A DNA stretch of 64,000 bases, taken from contig OZ251242.1 in the NCBI GenBank assembly GCA_965240325.2, positions 496,001-560,000 on the forward strand. Direction: 5' to 3'. Under the pieces are notes generated by a model. The model worked only from the letters and a program-made list of their open reading frames with translations. It was not told the DNA's origin and did no database searches. Each line of letters opens with the position of its first letter. The stretch's first letter is position 1. Shown here piece after piece: positions 35,014 to 47,700 of the stretch. The position numbers were made by a program, and so were the translations under genes. This DNA comes from Rebecca billardiae RCC1528. Taxonomy: Eukaryota; Protista; Haptophyta.

Positions 35014-36516
35014 CTACACGGCAGCGGGCGCAGCGGCGGCGGAGGCTCCAGCACCCGCTGCCTGTGCGCACCACTCGATGCAATGGGGCTTGTGCACCTT
35101 CCACGAGCTGCGCAGGTGCTCACGCGAGCAGAAGACCGCCACGTGGCACCGCTCGCACTTCTTCAGACCACGGCCTGTCCGTCCGCAGGCGATGCAGCAC
35201 TGCGAGGCCACCTCGCGCTCTCCAGCTGTCGCAGCCAGCGCATCACTCGTTCGATCTCTGAGGTCGGGATCGAGCTCTTGGGCACGGCGCAGCAGCCGCG
35301 CGCCGTCCTCCACGTCACGCTCCACTCCCACGCCGTGTAGCATACACACTCCCAGCGTAGTGTGTGCAAGTGCGCTCCCGCCATCAGTAGCCAGGCGGTA
35401 CAAGCGCACCGCCTCGCCCAAATCCTGCTGCACACCGTGGCCGCGCATGTAGCAATGCCCCAGCTCGTGCTGCGCTTCAGCAACGCCCTGCTCGGCCGCC
35501 AGCCGGTACCAGCGCGCTGCCTCGCCCCAATCCTGCTGCACAGCCTCGCCTTGCGCGTAGCATCGGCCCAGCAGGCACTGCGCTTCAGCAACGCCCTGCT
35601 CGGCCGCCAGCCGGAACAAGCGCACCGCCTCGCCCCAATCCTGCTGCGCACCCTCGCCACGCGCGTAGCATCGGCCCAGAGCGCACTGCGCTTCAGCAAC
35701 GCCCTGCTCGGCCGCCAGCCGGAACAAGCGTGCCGCCTCGCCCCAATCCTGCTGCACACCCGCGCCTTCCGCGTAGAATGCACCGAGAAGGCACTGCGCT
35801 GCAGATTCGCCCTGATCGGCCGCCAGCCGGGACCAGCGCGCCGCCTCGCCATTATCCTGCTGCACACCATCGCCACGCGCGTAGCACCCGCCCAGAGCGC
35901 ACTGCGCTTCAGCAACGCCCTGCTCGGCCGCCAGCCGGAACAAGCGTGCCGCCTCGCCCCAATCCGGCTGCACACTCGTGCCTTCTGAGTAGCACGCGCC
36001 CAGGTTGTACTGCGCTCCAGCATAGCCCTGCTCGGCCGCCAGCCGGTACCAGCGCATTGCCTCGCCCCAATCCTGCTGCACACCCTCGCCCTCTGCGTAG
36101 CACGCGCCCAGAGCGCACTGCGCTTCGGCATCTCCCTGCTCGGCAGCCAGCCGGTACCAGCGCACGGCCTCGCCCCAATCCTGCTGCACACCCCTGCCTT
36201 GCGCGTAGCATCGGCCCAGCAGGCACTGCGCGGCAGCATAGCCCTGCTCGGCCGCCAGCCGGTACCAGTGCGCGGCTGCCTCGACGTCCACAGGCTGACC
36301 AAGCTCGCCGGCCAAGCAAATGCTGCCCATCCTCGCCTGCGCTTCGGCAAAGCCGCGCTCGGCGGCGAGGGCGTACAGGCGAAAGGCTTCGCGCTCGTCC
36401 TGCGCGATGCCGTCGCCATCCTCAGCCCGCCGCGCCAGGAGGAACGTCGCACGCGCGTCGCCGCGCCCCGACTTGCGCCAGAGGAGCCCGACCGCCGCGG
36501 AGGCGTTCGCCGCCAT
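35014..36516 (-). CDS. Sel1-like repeat protein with C-terminal MYND zinc finger
   Basis: About 10 x 36-aa AxRWYRLAAEQGxAxAQxxLGxCYxxGxGVxQD repeats; CIAC..CERC..FCSREH..WKVHKPHC. Confidence 0.9.
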   Translation of the reverse strand: MAANASAAVGLLWRKSGRGDARATFLLARRAEDGDGIAQDEREAFRLYALAAERGFAEAQARMGSICLAGELGQPVDVEAAAHWYRLAAEQGYAAAQCLLGRCYAQGRGVQQDWGEAVRWYRLAAEQGDAEAQCALGACYAEGEGVQQDWGEAMRWYRLAAEQGYAGAQYNLGACYSEGTSVQPDWGEAARLFRLAAEQGVAEAQCALGGCYARGDGVQQDNGEAARWSRLAADQGESAAQCLLGAFYAEGAGVQQDWGEAARLFRLAAEQGVAEAQCALGRCYARGEGAQQDWGEAVRLFRLAAEQGVAEAQCLLGRCYAQGEAVQQDWGEAARWYRLAAEQGVAEAQHELGHCYMRGHGVQQDLGEAVRLYRLATDGGSALAHTTLGVCMLHGVGVERDVEDGARLLRRAQELDPDLRDRTSDALAATAGEREVASQCCIACGRTGRGLKKCERCHVAVFCSREHLRSSWKVHKPHCIEWCAQAAGAGASAAAAPAAV

Positions 36517-37524
36517 CTGTTCCGGGTTCGTCGCTTTGCGGAGTCGGGCCAGACCACGCGGCTTGCTGGAAAAATGAAAATGCTCGGGCTAGGCCGCTAG
36601 GGCGCAATAAAGGATGGCCGCTTCTGAACCCGTGATGGAGGCCTGCCCGCACGCGCCCGTGCGCGGCGAGGGGTGGAGCGCGAGGATGACGGGCGCCGGG
36701 TTCGCCTCGAGAGGGTCGATAAGCCCCCCGCCCAAGCGAGGACCACCCCCTCAGTCGGCCTCTCCGCGTCGCGCGCGTCGTCGGCGCGCGGGTGCTTTCC
36801 CGAGGTAAGAGTGGTCGGCCACAGCGGCGGCGGCCACTGGCGAGCAGGCGAGCACCCGCCAAGCCCTCGCATTTTTCTCAGTTCTTCAAGAACTGATTTG
36901 TTCTGCACAAGTTTGTGGTACACTACCACTCTTACCTCGGCGTGCCTTCACCTTCGGTACCAGACGTGGCGCGAAGCGGTCATCCTTTATGGCGCATGGC
37001 TGCCGTGTGGGCACGCGGTCGGCGATGAATGTCTCGAGCACGGCGCCGAGAGTACGCGCGCATCGCCGGAGATGGGCGTTTAGCCTCGTGCGATCGCAGT
37101 ATACTCTGCTGGTGCGCTTGAGCTTGCGCGCACTTGAGGCTGTACATTCATACGGGCTCGTCGGCCGATGCGCGTTCACGCCCGAAGTGCCGCATCGACT
37201 ACTCAAACGTGTGGGCGGGGGGAGGTGTAGAAGCCGGTGGCAAGGCTGCCTGTGGCGAGGGACGTGTTGGTGGGGTCCTACAGGGAGCCTACTGCGCGCG
37301 TGCAATATTGCTGCTGAAAGGAGTCACCGAGTAGAGCTACCAACTGGTGCGGCTGTGCCTGTGTGCGGGCAGCGGAGCCTGCGTCGCGCGGGAGCCGCGA
37401 CACGGAGGCGGCGAGCGGGCCCGCAGCCGGGCCCGCGGAGTCGCACTGGCCAGCGGCTGCAGTGGCAAGTGTCTCCTGTCTCCGTGACGGATGCCGCAGC
37501 CAGTATATACCGCCGGCCTGCCGC

Positions 37525-39856
<2,332 letters not shown>

Positions 39857-40020
39857 TATATATATATCATATATATATCATATATATATATATATATTGA
39901 TATATAGCATCAGCATATTCGCGTGCGCGATGCAGCGCGGTAACGCCCCCGCAATCCATTATACTGTATATATATATATCATATATATATATGATATATA
40001 TATATATATATATATATATA
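39857..40020. repeat. Interrupted (TA)n tracts around a ~70-bp island
   Basis: Seen directly. Confidence 0.9.
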
Positions 40021-41418
40021 TTACTACGGGGCGCTCTGAGTGGTCCAACGAGCAAACATCGTTCGCAATAAGTTTCGCGGAACTTCCAAGGAAGTGGAAC
40101 TTCGCTTTCGCCCCCCGTCCGCCGCCTGAACGCGCCGCGCGCGAGCGCGTGCGTCACGATGCTGCCGGCGCGAGCCGCCAGGTGGGGGCGCGTCATCCCT
40201 GGCATGGACTGGCTCGCCTCCTGAGCGCGGTCGAGCTCTCCAATCGAGACTCACCACCCTGCACACTCGACCCGACCGACGCCGGCGTTGATCCGAAGTC
40301 GGCGGCACGGGCCTGGTATGCGCACGCGCGTACCGCCGAGTGCGGGGATGATTTGCGAAAAGCAGCGAGGTGGGATTGCGCCACGACTCACATTCTGTCT
40401 GCTCCTCCGCCCGCTCCCTCTTCCCGCGCGCGGATCGCGCGTGCACAGCAGGATTGTGTTGGCAAGGCTCTCGGGCAGCTGCCTGGACCGCAACCGGGTG
40501 CCTCGCGGGCGTGGTCGGCGACAGTCGAAGCCGTCTGGCGGCGCGCGCGGCGTGCGCGGTGAGTGGCCAGTACCTGGTCTTCGCACCCACCGCGCGCGTC
40601 GGTCTCCAACGCCTTCCTTCAGTCCCAACACGGGGGCCGTTTGTTGAGCACGTGTCGTCGTCTCTTGGCGCCGCTACGTGCTGCTCTTTGAGCACGCGCT
40701 CTGGCCGAACGCGAGGGTGCGCATCCTCGCGCGCGCGCCACGCGATTCAATACCGCATATGCCACCTCCGCACGTGCGCGTATCACCCTCACCGTCCCGC
40801 ACGCTCCGCTCGGCAACGCGTCGCGTGCGCAGGCTCGCATCCAGCTGTCGGCTCAGCTCATTCTCTGCGCGCATGCGACGAGAAGGCCCTCAGCCGCGCA
40901 CGTTGTTGCCTTCTCGATGTCGCCCAGCCATGGCGAGTGCGCGCAGCAGCACACCGACCATCTCGAACCTGTTCACACCAGCACGCGCGCGCGCACTCGG
41001 GCCGTCGCTGCACTGTTTCGGCTGTCTCGAAAGGGCTGCCTGGGCTGCGCAGAGCGGCGCGGCTGGCGCGCAGACCCTGGTGGCGTTGTCCGCCCTGGTC
41101 GTCGGCACGCGTGCTGCCGAACGAACCCAACAAACGCGGCGCCTGCAGCACGTCTGGATCGGCGTCACGGAGCCATTTGCGGATGGCCGGTTTGGCAGTC
41201 GTGCCCGGCGCTGCGCACCGACCCCGAACGGAGGCCCGCGGGCCCCAAAATCAGGGTCCGACGCACGGTTGGGGGGCAGGGACCTGGCTCAGACCACGAG
41301 TCCGAGCCCGCCCGAGGTAGCCAGTGACGTCCGACGCGTCAGGCTGCGCCTGACGCGCGATTACAGCGTTTTAGCTAAGTTTGCTCGGTCCGTCAGTGGG
41401 GCCGCCCCGGCGTAGTAA
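40021..41418. mobile_element. Non-autonomous element with imperfect TIRs, in (TA)n
   Basis: Left TTACTACGGGGCG..CGAGCAAAC vs reverse complement of the right end TTACTACGCCGGGGCG..CGAGCAAAC. TA tracts on both sides. Confidence 0.6.
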
Positions 41419-42754
41419 TATATATATATATCCCCTCTTAGACCACAGTGTCTAACGAGAACTTTAGTCGGGCCAACCGTCGGCGGCCCTTGGCAACATG
41501 GCCATTGACGGCCGGTAGAGGCCGACAGTAAGGCAGGATCCAGGCGGAGGCTCTCACCAGAGTTGGCGGCGCCGCGCGCGTCGCGCGCGCGCGCAAGGAG
41601 AGACACCATTCGGATCGTAGCTGGCAGCCAAGGGCCCAGTAGGCAGCCGAACGCGTGAGGCCTCGGAGAGAGGTAGCTGGCAAATGGAACATCCAGGACG
41701 TACAAACGTACTTGGATGCAGCCGTACGGGCAATACGTATGATGCAGAGGTACACTGTCGCGCGACAGGAAGAGTGTGAAGTACGATCAGTCATCGCCGC
41801 CGCGCGCGCGCGCGCGCGCCAGTGCAGAAGGGAGAGGACAGGCGGAGCCGGGACCAAACGCGGAGCCCACGAAGGCAGAGGCTCGTGCGACACACGAGGA
41901 TCACACGCCGCACGAGGACCGTGGCCGGGTGCGGCCCCCGAGCAGCGGGCAGAGGCAACCTATCGACGGTCGCCGCACCGAGTGGCAGCCATTTCGTCCT
42001 GCGGCGAAGTCTTGCGGCCGGGCGCGCCTCCTGCGCCGCGCCCCCGGCGCGGAGAGTGGACGGGCGCGGGGTTGCGCCTTGCGCCGGCGCATCTGTGCGC
42101 GTGCCCACCCAAGCGCACGTGTTTGCGTCGCGCTTCGAAGGAGGGGGCTGGCACCTATCTTGGGGAGGGAGGCTTGAAGGCGGCATGCCGGCTGAAGAGC
42201 AGGGTCGCTCCCCCCCGCACAGTAGGAATCAAAGCTCTTTTCCCTCCCACCCGCCCGCATTCATTTTCGTTGTTACAGAATTCCATCTATTTTCCGGCGA
42301 GCAAGTTAATCAATGGACCGACAATTTTGGTTGCCAGCGCTTTTTCTTTCGCCGTAGGAAAGGAATCGTGGGGGAATCGTTGTCTGTTGCCCAAGGTATC
42401 CACAGTCAGTGGGTCCCTGGCAAAAGACAATGACGAACAAGCATATACTATCGCTTACTTCAGCGGTGACCATGGAGTCCGACTCTGCCCCAAAGAAAGC
42501 GGACTACGAATCATCGGATGGAACATTGCTCAGGTCGTGGCGGCATCAACATCAATATCGCTAAGACTTAGACTAGACCGCCCACAAGTTCAGAGACACT
42601 GTAACTTGCTTGAACAAACGTTGGGCTCACCAATCGACCACTCCCGCGAAGCCGAGGTCAAATGTACAAACGTTGATGAACCTCGTCTCGCGGTGAGCCT
42701 CTGCTTTCTGCTTGCTCGCGTAAGGAGATGGCGGAGGCAAAGCCCATATATATA

Positions 42755-44723
42755 TGATTAAACTTTTCTGAGGATAGCGCACCAGCAATTTCCCTTGACC
42801 GCCATCCGGGCCGAAGTGGCGCAAAATGGCGGTTGCCCCGTTTGGGCGCCCTTCCGCGCCTTCGAGCGGCTCGTGCGCGTCGGGAAGTGCGCCGAAGCGT
42901 ATCCGGAGCATGCTCCATCGACGCGTCGCACTGCCGGGCCCTCGCATGCGAGCCCATGCCGACGTCTGAGTGCGCCTCGCTGCGCACGGTACAGCTTGAC
43001 GGTACACGGCACGATTCGGCCGCGAGCAGCCTCGTGCGCGCGACCGAGCCAGAGGTGGTCGTCGAGAGTAGCACGAGCGGCGGCACACAAGCGGGCCTGG
43101 TCGTTGCCGAATATCTGACGCACCAATCGACCTCGCCCAGCGCCATCTGCTCGTTTGCGCACGTGTCGGAAAGAATGCGCAGCTGCCTGCAAACGCCGAG
43201 CGCGCAGATGAGGCGTGGGCGAGCGAAGGGGCGGCGAGGGCCGGCGCGTGCGCGCGCGTAAATTCGAGCCTCCCCATACGCATCGAAACACACCGCGCTC
43301 GCTCGTCGAGCTGCGCACGGGTATCGGTGCGCGCGCGCCAACGCGGCGCGCCGTGAACGCGCCCGGCGAATGCACACCTGCTCGCGCGCGCACGCGCACG
43401 TGATGGACCGAGGAGGCCGCGCGAGCATGCGCGATGTGTCTGGATGGAGCGTGTAGGAGGTGTAGGCTGCGCTCCGCACGCGCTCCGCCACCGTGCACCG
43501 CGCTGCCCCTCGTCCACGCGATCGCCGCCGAGCCCAGATTCAAACGCGCGCGAGCGCTCGAGCGCACCTCCGGGCAGCAGTCGCAGCTATCGTGACGAAG
43601 GCGTGGCGAGAGGCAGATGTGCATGGCAAGTATCGTCATGGTGGTGCCCATCACGCGCACACTCTCGCGCATGCTCGCTGCACCACCTCGTCGCGCCCAC
43701 GTGCAGCGCGCGGGGCGCGCTTCGTGCCCGGAGCAGCTGCGGAGCGGCTGCCGCGCGCAGTGCGCGCGGCGAGTAGGGCTCAGCCAATGGTCCGAGGGCG
43801 AGCCGGCCGAGCGTCGTGCGTGACGCACACGGACCTGGTGCAACGCCGCGTACCACTCGCAGCCACCATCGCGCCCGTACCAGCGAGCTGTGGCCGCCGC
43901 CGACACCCCAAAGCAGCCCAGCCGTCAGCGCGCGACAGCCGACGAGCGCGTGACGCGCGCGTGCACCACCGTGATGAGCACGGATGAGCGCGCGCGCCCG
44001 TGTCGTAGCTCAGGTGGGGTCCCCCGATCGCACGCACCACCGCGCTGCCACGCCTTCGACCATCTTGTGTCACCACGCGGGCACACGCCGGGCAGGCGGC
44101 GGGGCAGCCCGCTCGGCAAACGGTCAGCGCGCAGCGAGGATGGAGTCCGGCGAGGGGCGACCGGAGTGTCCGGCGCGACGGAGGTGGTCCACGCCGTGGT
44201 CGCCGACGCGTTCCTCACCACCTCCGAGGCCGTGGTGGCCGCCCGGGAGAAGGAATGCTCCCAGTCGCACCCTTTGCAGTGCTCCTTTGCGCGTGCACGC
44301 AACGGCGAGGAGCGGAAGCGTTAGAGGGCACTTTTTGTGCAGTTCAGGCGTTCTTTCCCCAAAATGTAGAATGCGCGGAGAAGTGCCCTCTAACGATTTT
44401 CGTGTGCAGCCGTGCCGCGCGCGCGAGGAAGGCCACATGCGGCTCCTTGCACATCTGCTGCAGATCGGCTCGTGCTCGGCGAGCGCGGCGAGGAGGAAGG
44501 TGCGCGCTCGCGAGCTGGCGCACCTGGGAGTCCTCGCGGCCTCCGAGCAGAAAGAGCGCGTCGAGCGCAACGCCGCAGGTCGCACGGTCGCGATCTCGCG
44601 AGAGCGGTGGTGCGAGGGCGGGCCTCGCCATCGCGCGTTTCTGCGTCCAAACGCGGCCTCCGTAAAATCCGGATGGCGGTCAAGGGATTTTGCTGGTGCG
44701 CTATCCTCAGAAAAGTTTACACA
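42755..44723. mobile_element. Non-autonomous TIR DNA transposon (about 1.97 kb, ~55-bp TIRs, TG..CA ends) in (TA)n
   Basis: Left TAAACTTTTCTGAGGATAGCGCACCAGCAATTTCCCTTGACCGCCATCCGG vs right CCGGATGGCGGTCAAGGGATTTTGCTGGTGCGCTATCCTCAGAAAAGTTTA. TA tracts on both sides. Confidence 0.88.
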
Positions 44724-44763
44724 TATATATATATATATACATACAGACTTGTACTGCTCGTCG

Positions 44764-47700
44764 TCAGCCCACGGACATGCGCCGTGCAGACAGGCGCGCC
44801 ACCGCGCGCTGCTCCGCCGCGGCGGGCCGCTGCACGGGGGGCGTGCTGCGCGCGCTGCCGCCGGGGGGCGTGCTGCGCGCGCTGCCGCCCACGCTGCCAC
44901 CGCTCAGCGCGAGCAGCGCGCCGCGCGGCGCCACGTTGGCGGCGGCGCGCGGCGATGCGCTGCCGCTCGTCGTGCCGAGCGACTCGGCGCACCGCCGCGC
45001 CGGCGCCGCGCGCGCGCCGCGCCCCGAGCCCGTGTCGCTCAGCTCGCTCTGGCTCCGCCCGGCGGCGGACGCGCCGGCCGAGGCGGCGCCGGCCGAGTCG
45101 TTGCGGCGGAGCGCGACGGGGCTCGAGCCGAGCGAGGCGGCGCCCGCCGCGCGCGTGCTCAGCCGGCTGCGCGAGAGCGCCGCGGACGCGCGCGCGCTCG
45201 ACGCGAGCGTGTGGGCGCAGTAGCCGCCGCCCGCCGAGTGCTGCCTGCCGCCCGCGCCCAGGCTGCGCGCGGCGGCGGCGGCGGCTGTGGTCCCGGTGCC
45301 AGCCGTCGCGCCGCGCGCGCGCGCGGGGCCGGGCTTGTGGTTGTTGGCCGAGGGCGCCGAGCGCGGCGTCGAGCCGCCCTTTGCACTGCCGCCCGCGCCC
45401 CTCTCGTCCTCGCCCTCCGCCGCGGCCTCGGCCGCGCCCGCCGCCGCCTCGGCCTCCCTCAGCCTCGCGTGCAGCGCGAGGATCTCCCGCCGGTACCGCG
45501 CCACCTCGAGCGCCTCCGACGTGCGGCGCGCAGGGCCGAGCGCGACCGCGCGGCAGCGCTGCGCGAACGCGAGCGCGGTGTAAGTCTCGTGCGCGTTGTA
45601 CTCGGCGGGCGAGGCGGTGACGACCATCAGCACCTTGGAGCCCGCGCTCAGCGCGCAGCTCGAGAGCAGAAACGTGAGCTTGCTGTTGCGGTACGGCACG
45701 TGTGCGCTTGCGGAGGTGCCGCTGCCGCCGCCGCCGCCGCCGGTGGCCGCGCCGCCCCCGGCGGCGCCGCCGGCGCCGCCGGCTGGCGCCGCGCCGCCGC
45801 CGCCGCCGCCGAGCGCGGCAATCACGTCGCCGAGTGCGGAGAGCGACTTGTTGATGTGCTGCGCCTCGCGCAGCCGCTCCCCCGTCGACTCCGACTTGCG
45901 CACGCGCTCCGAGCCCGCCAGGTCGATCAGGTGGAGGCGCGAGCAGAAGGTTTCGGCCGCCGTGGCGAGGCCGGCGCGCGCGGCGGCGGGCGGCGGCGGC
46001 GCGGGCGCCGAGGCGGGCGCGCCGCTCGCGCCGGCGCCACCGCCGCCGCCGCTGCGAGGGCTCGCGGCACCGCTCGCCGGCTGCGCCGCGGCCGCGCCGC
46101 CTGCGGCCGCCAGCGCGCTCGTCGCGTGCAGCTCAAGACTCACGACGAGGTGGCTCCTGCTTGAGTGCTCGTTCAGGTCATGCGCGCCGACCGCGCGGTT
46201 GCGCGCGCCCACGCCCTGCGGCGGCGCGCCGGGGGCGTCGGGGCGGGCGTGGGCGGGCGGGCGCGAGAGAGCGTGTGTGGCGGGCGCGCGCGCGCGCGCG
46301 CCGTGCCGCGCTGTGCTGCGCGCTGCCGTCTGGCTGCGCGCAGAGGCTGCGGCGCGCGCTGCCCGCCGCGCCGTGCCGCGCGCGGCCGCGCGCCGCCGCC
46401 GCGCGCGGTGCGCGCCGCACCAAGAGGTGAAGCGCCGCCTCCGCACTGCGCACCGTGTGCCTGCCCAGCCCCTCCGCGTACACGCCCCACGGGCCCTGGC
46501 GCAGCTCGAGGCCCCTGCACCCCGCGCCGCGCGCGGCGGCGGAGGCACCGCCGCCGCCACAAACTCCGCCGCCGCCGCCGCCGCCGCCGCCGCCCCTACC
46601 CGTGGCCGCGCCACCGCCGCCGTCCGCGCCGCCGCCCTCCGCTTCGGCCGGCGTTGGGAGCAAGTCGAGGACCGCCTCGTTGTAGATCTCGAGCATCGAG
46701 ATGCTGACGCTCTGCTCGTACCGGTCGGAGCGCTCCGCCACGAGCGCGAACACGTCCTGTGCGGCGCGGGCGGCGCGGCGCGCGCGTGGGCGGTGCTCGG
46801 CACGCGCGTCGGCGCGGCGCGCGCACAGCGCGGCGCGCGCACGGCGCGCGCAGCACGCACCCGCAGCGCGAGCGCGTTGATCCCCGGCTCCGCGCCGCCC
46901 TCCTCCCCGCCCACCATCGTGTGCGTCTTCCCCGAGCCCGTCTGCCCGTACGCAAAGATGGCGGCGTTGTGCCCGTCCACGAACGCGCGCACCAGCCCCG
47001 CCACGTCTGCGGTGTAGAGCGCGGCGGTGGAGTGCTCTGGGGGGTGGACTCGGTCGAACTCGAAGGAGGCGGAGAGGGCGCGCGTCTTGGCGCGGGAGAG
47101 GGCGGCGGCGGCACACCCGCCCGCGGCCTCCGCGCCGCCGCACCCGCCGCCGCTCCCACCCGCGCCGCCGTCCGCGCCGCCGCCGCCGCCCGCGCCGCCG
47201 CCCCCGCCCGCGCCGCCGCCGCCGCCCGCACACACGCCAATCACACGGCCGTCCGCGCCCGGCGGCAGCGTGACCGCGCCGGTGCTGCCGCGCGCAGCCT
47301 CGTACGACAGGATGGGGCGGACGCGGCACACGACGCGGATGTTGCCGCGCGCGCTCGCCAGCTCGTCGCGCAGCCCGCGCACCACGCCCTCGTGCGCCAG
47401 CGCGCGCCCCAGCAGGCTGCGCACCTTGCTCCGAGCGTCGTCGCGCTCGGCACTGAGCTGGTCGGCGCGCGCTTCGAATGATCGGCGCGCGGCGCTGAGC
47501 AGGAGCTCGTGGTCGCGCAGTGCGGCGGCGAGGGCGGACTCGGCGTCGGAGAGCGCGGCGCACAGCGCGCGGAGCTCGGCGGCCGAGCGCGCGCGCGCCG
47601 CGTCCAACGCCGCGCGCCCCTCGCGCAGCGCGCCGGCCGCGCGCGCCTCTGCGCCCGCGAGCGCGGCGCGCGCGGCGACGCTCTCGGCTTGGTGGCGCGC

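Noticed and set aside
41655-42761. 368-aa ORF as a possible transposase
   Set aside because: No DDE, HUH or YR motifs are recognisable, and it has a non-ATG start.
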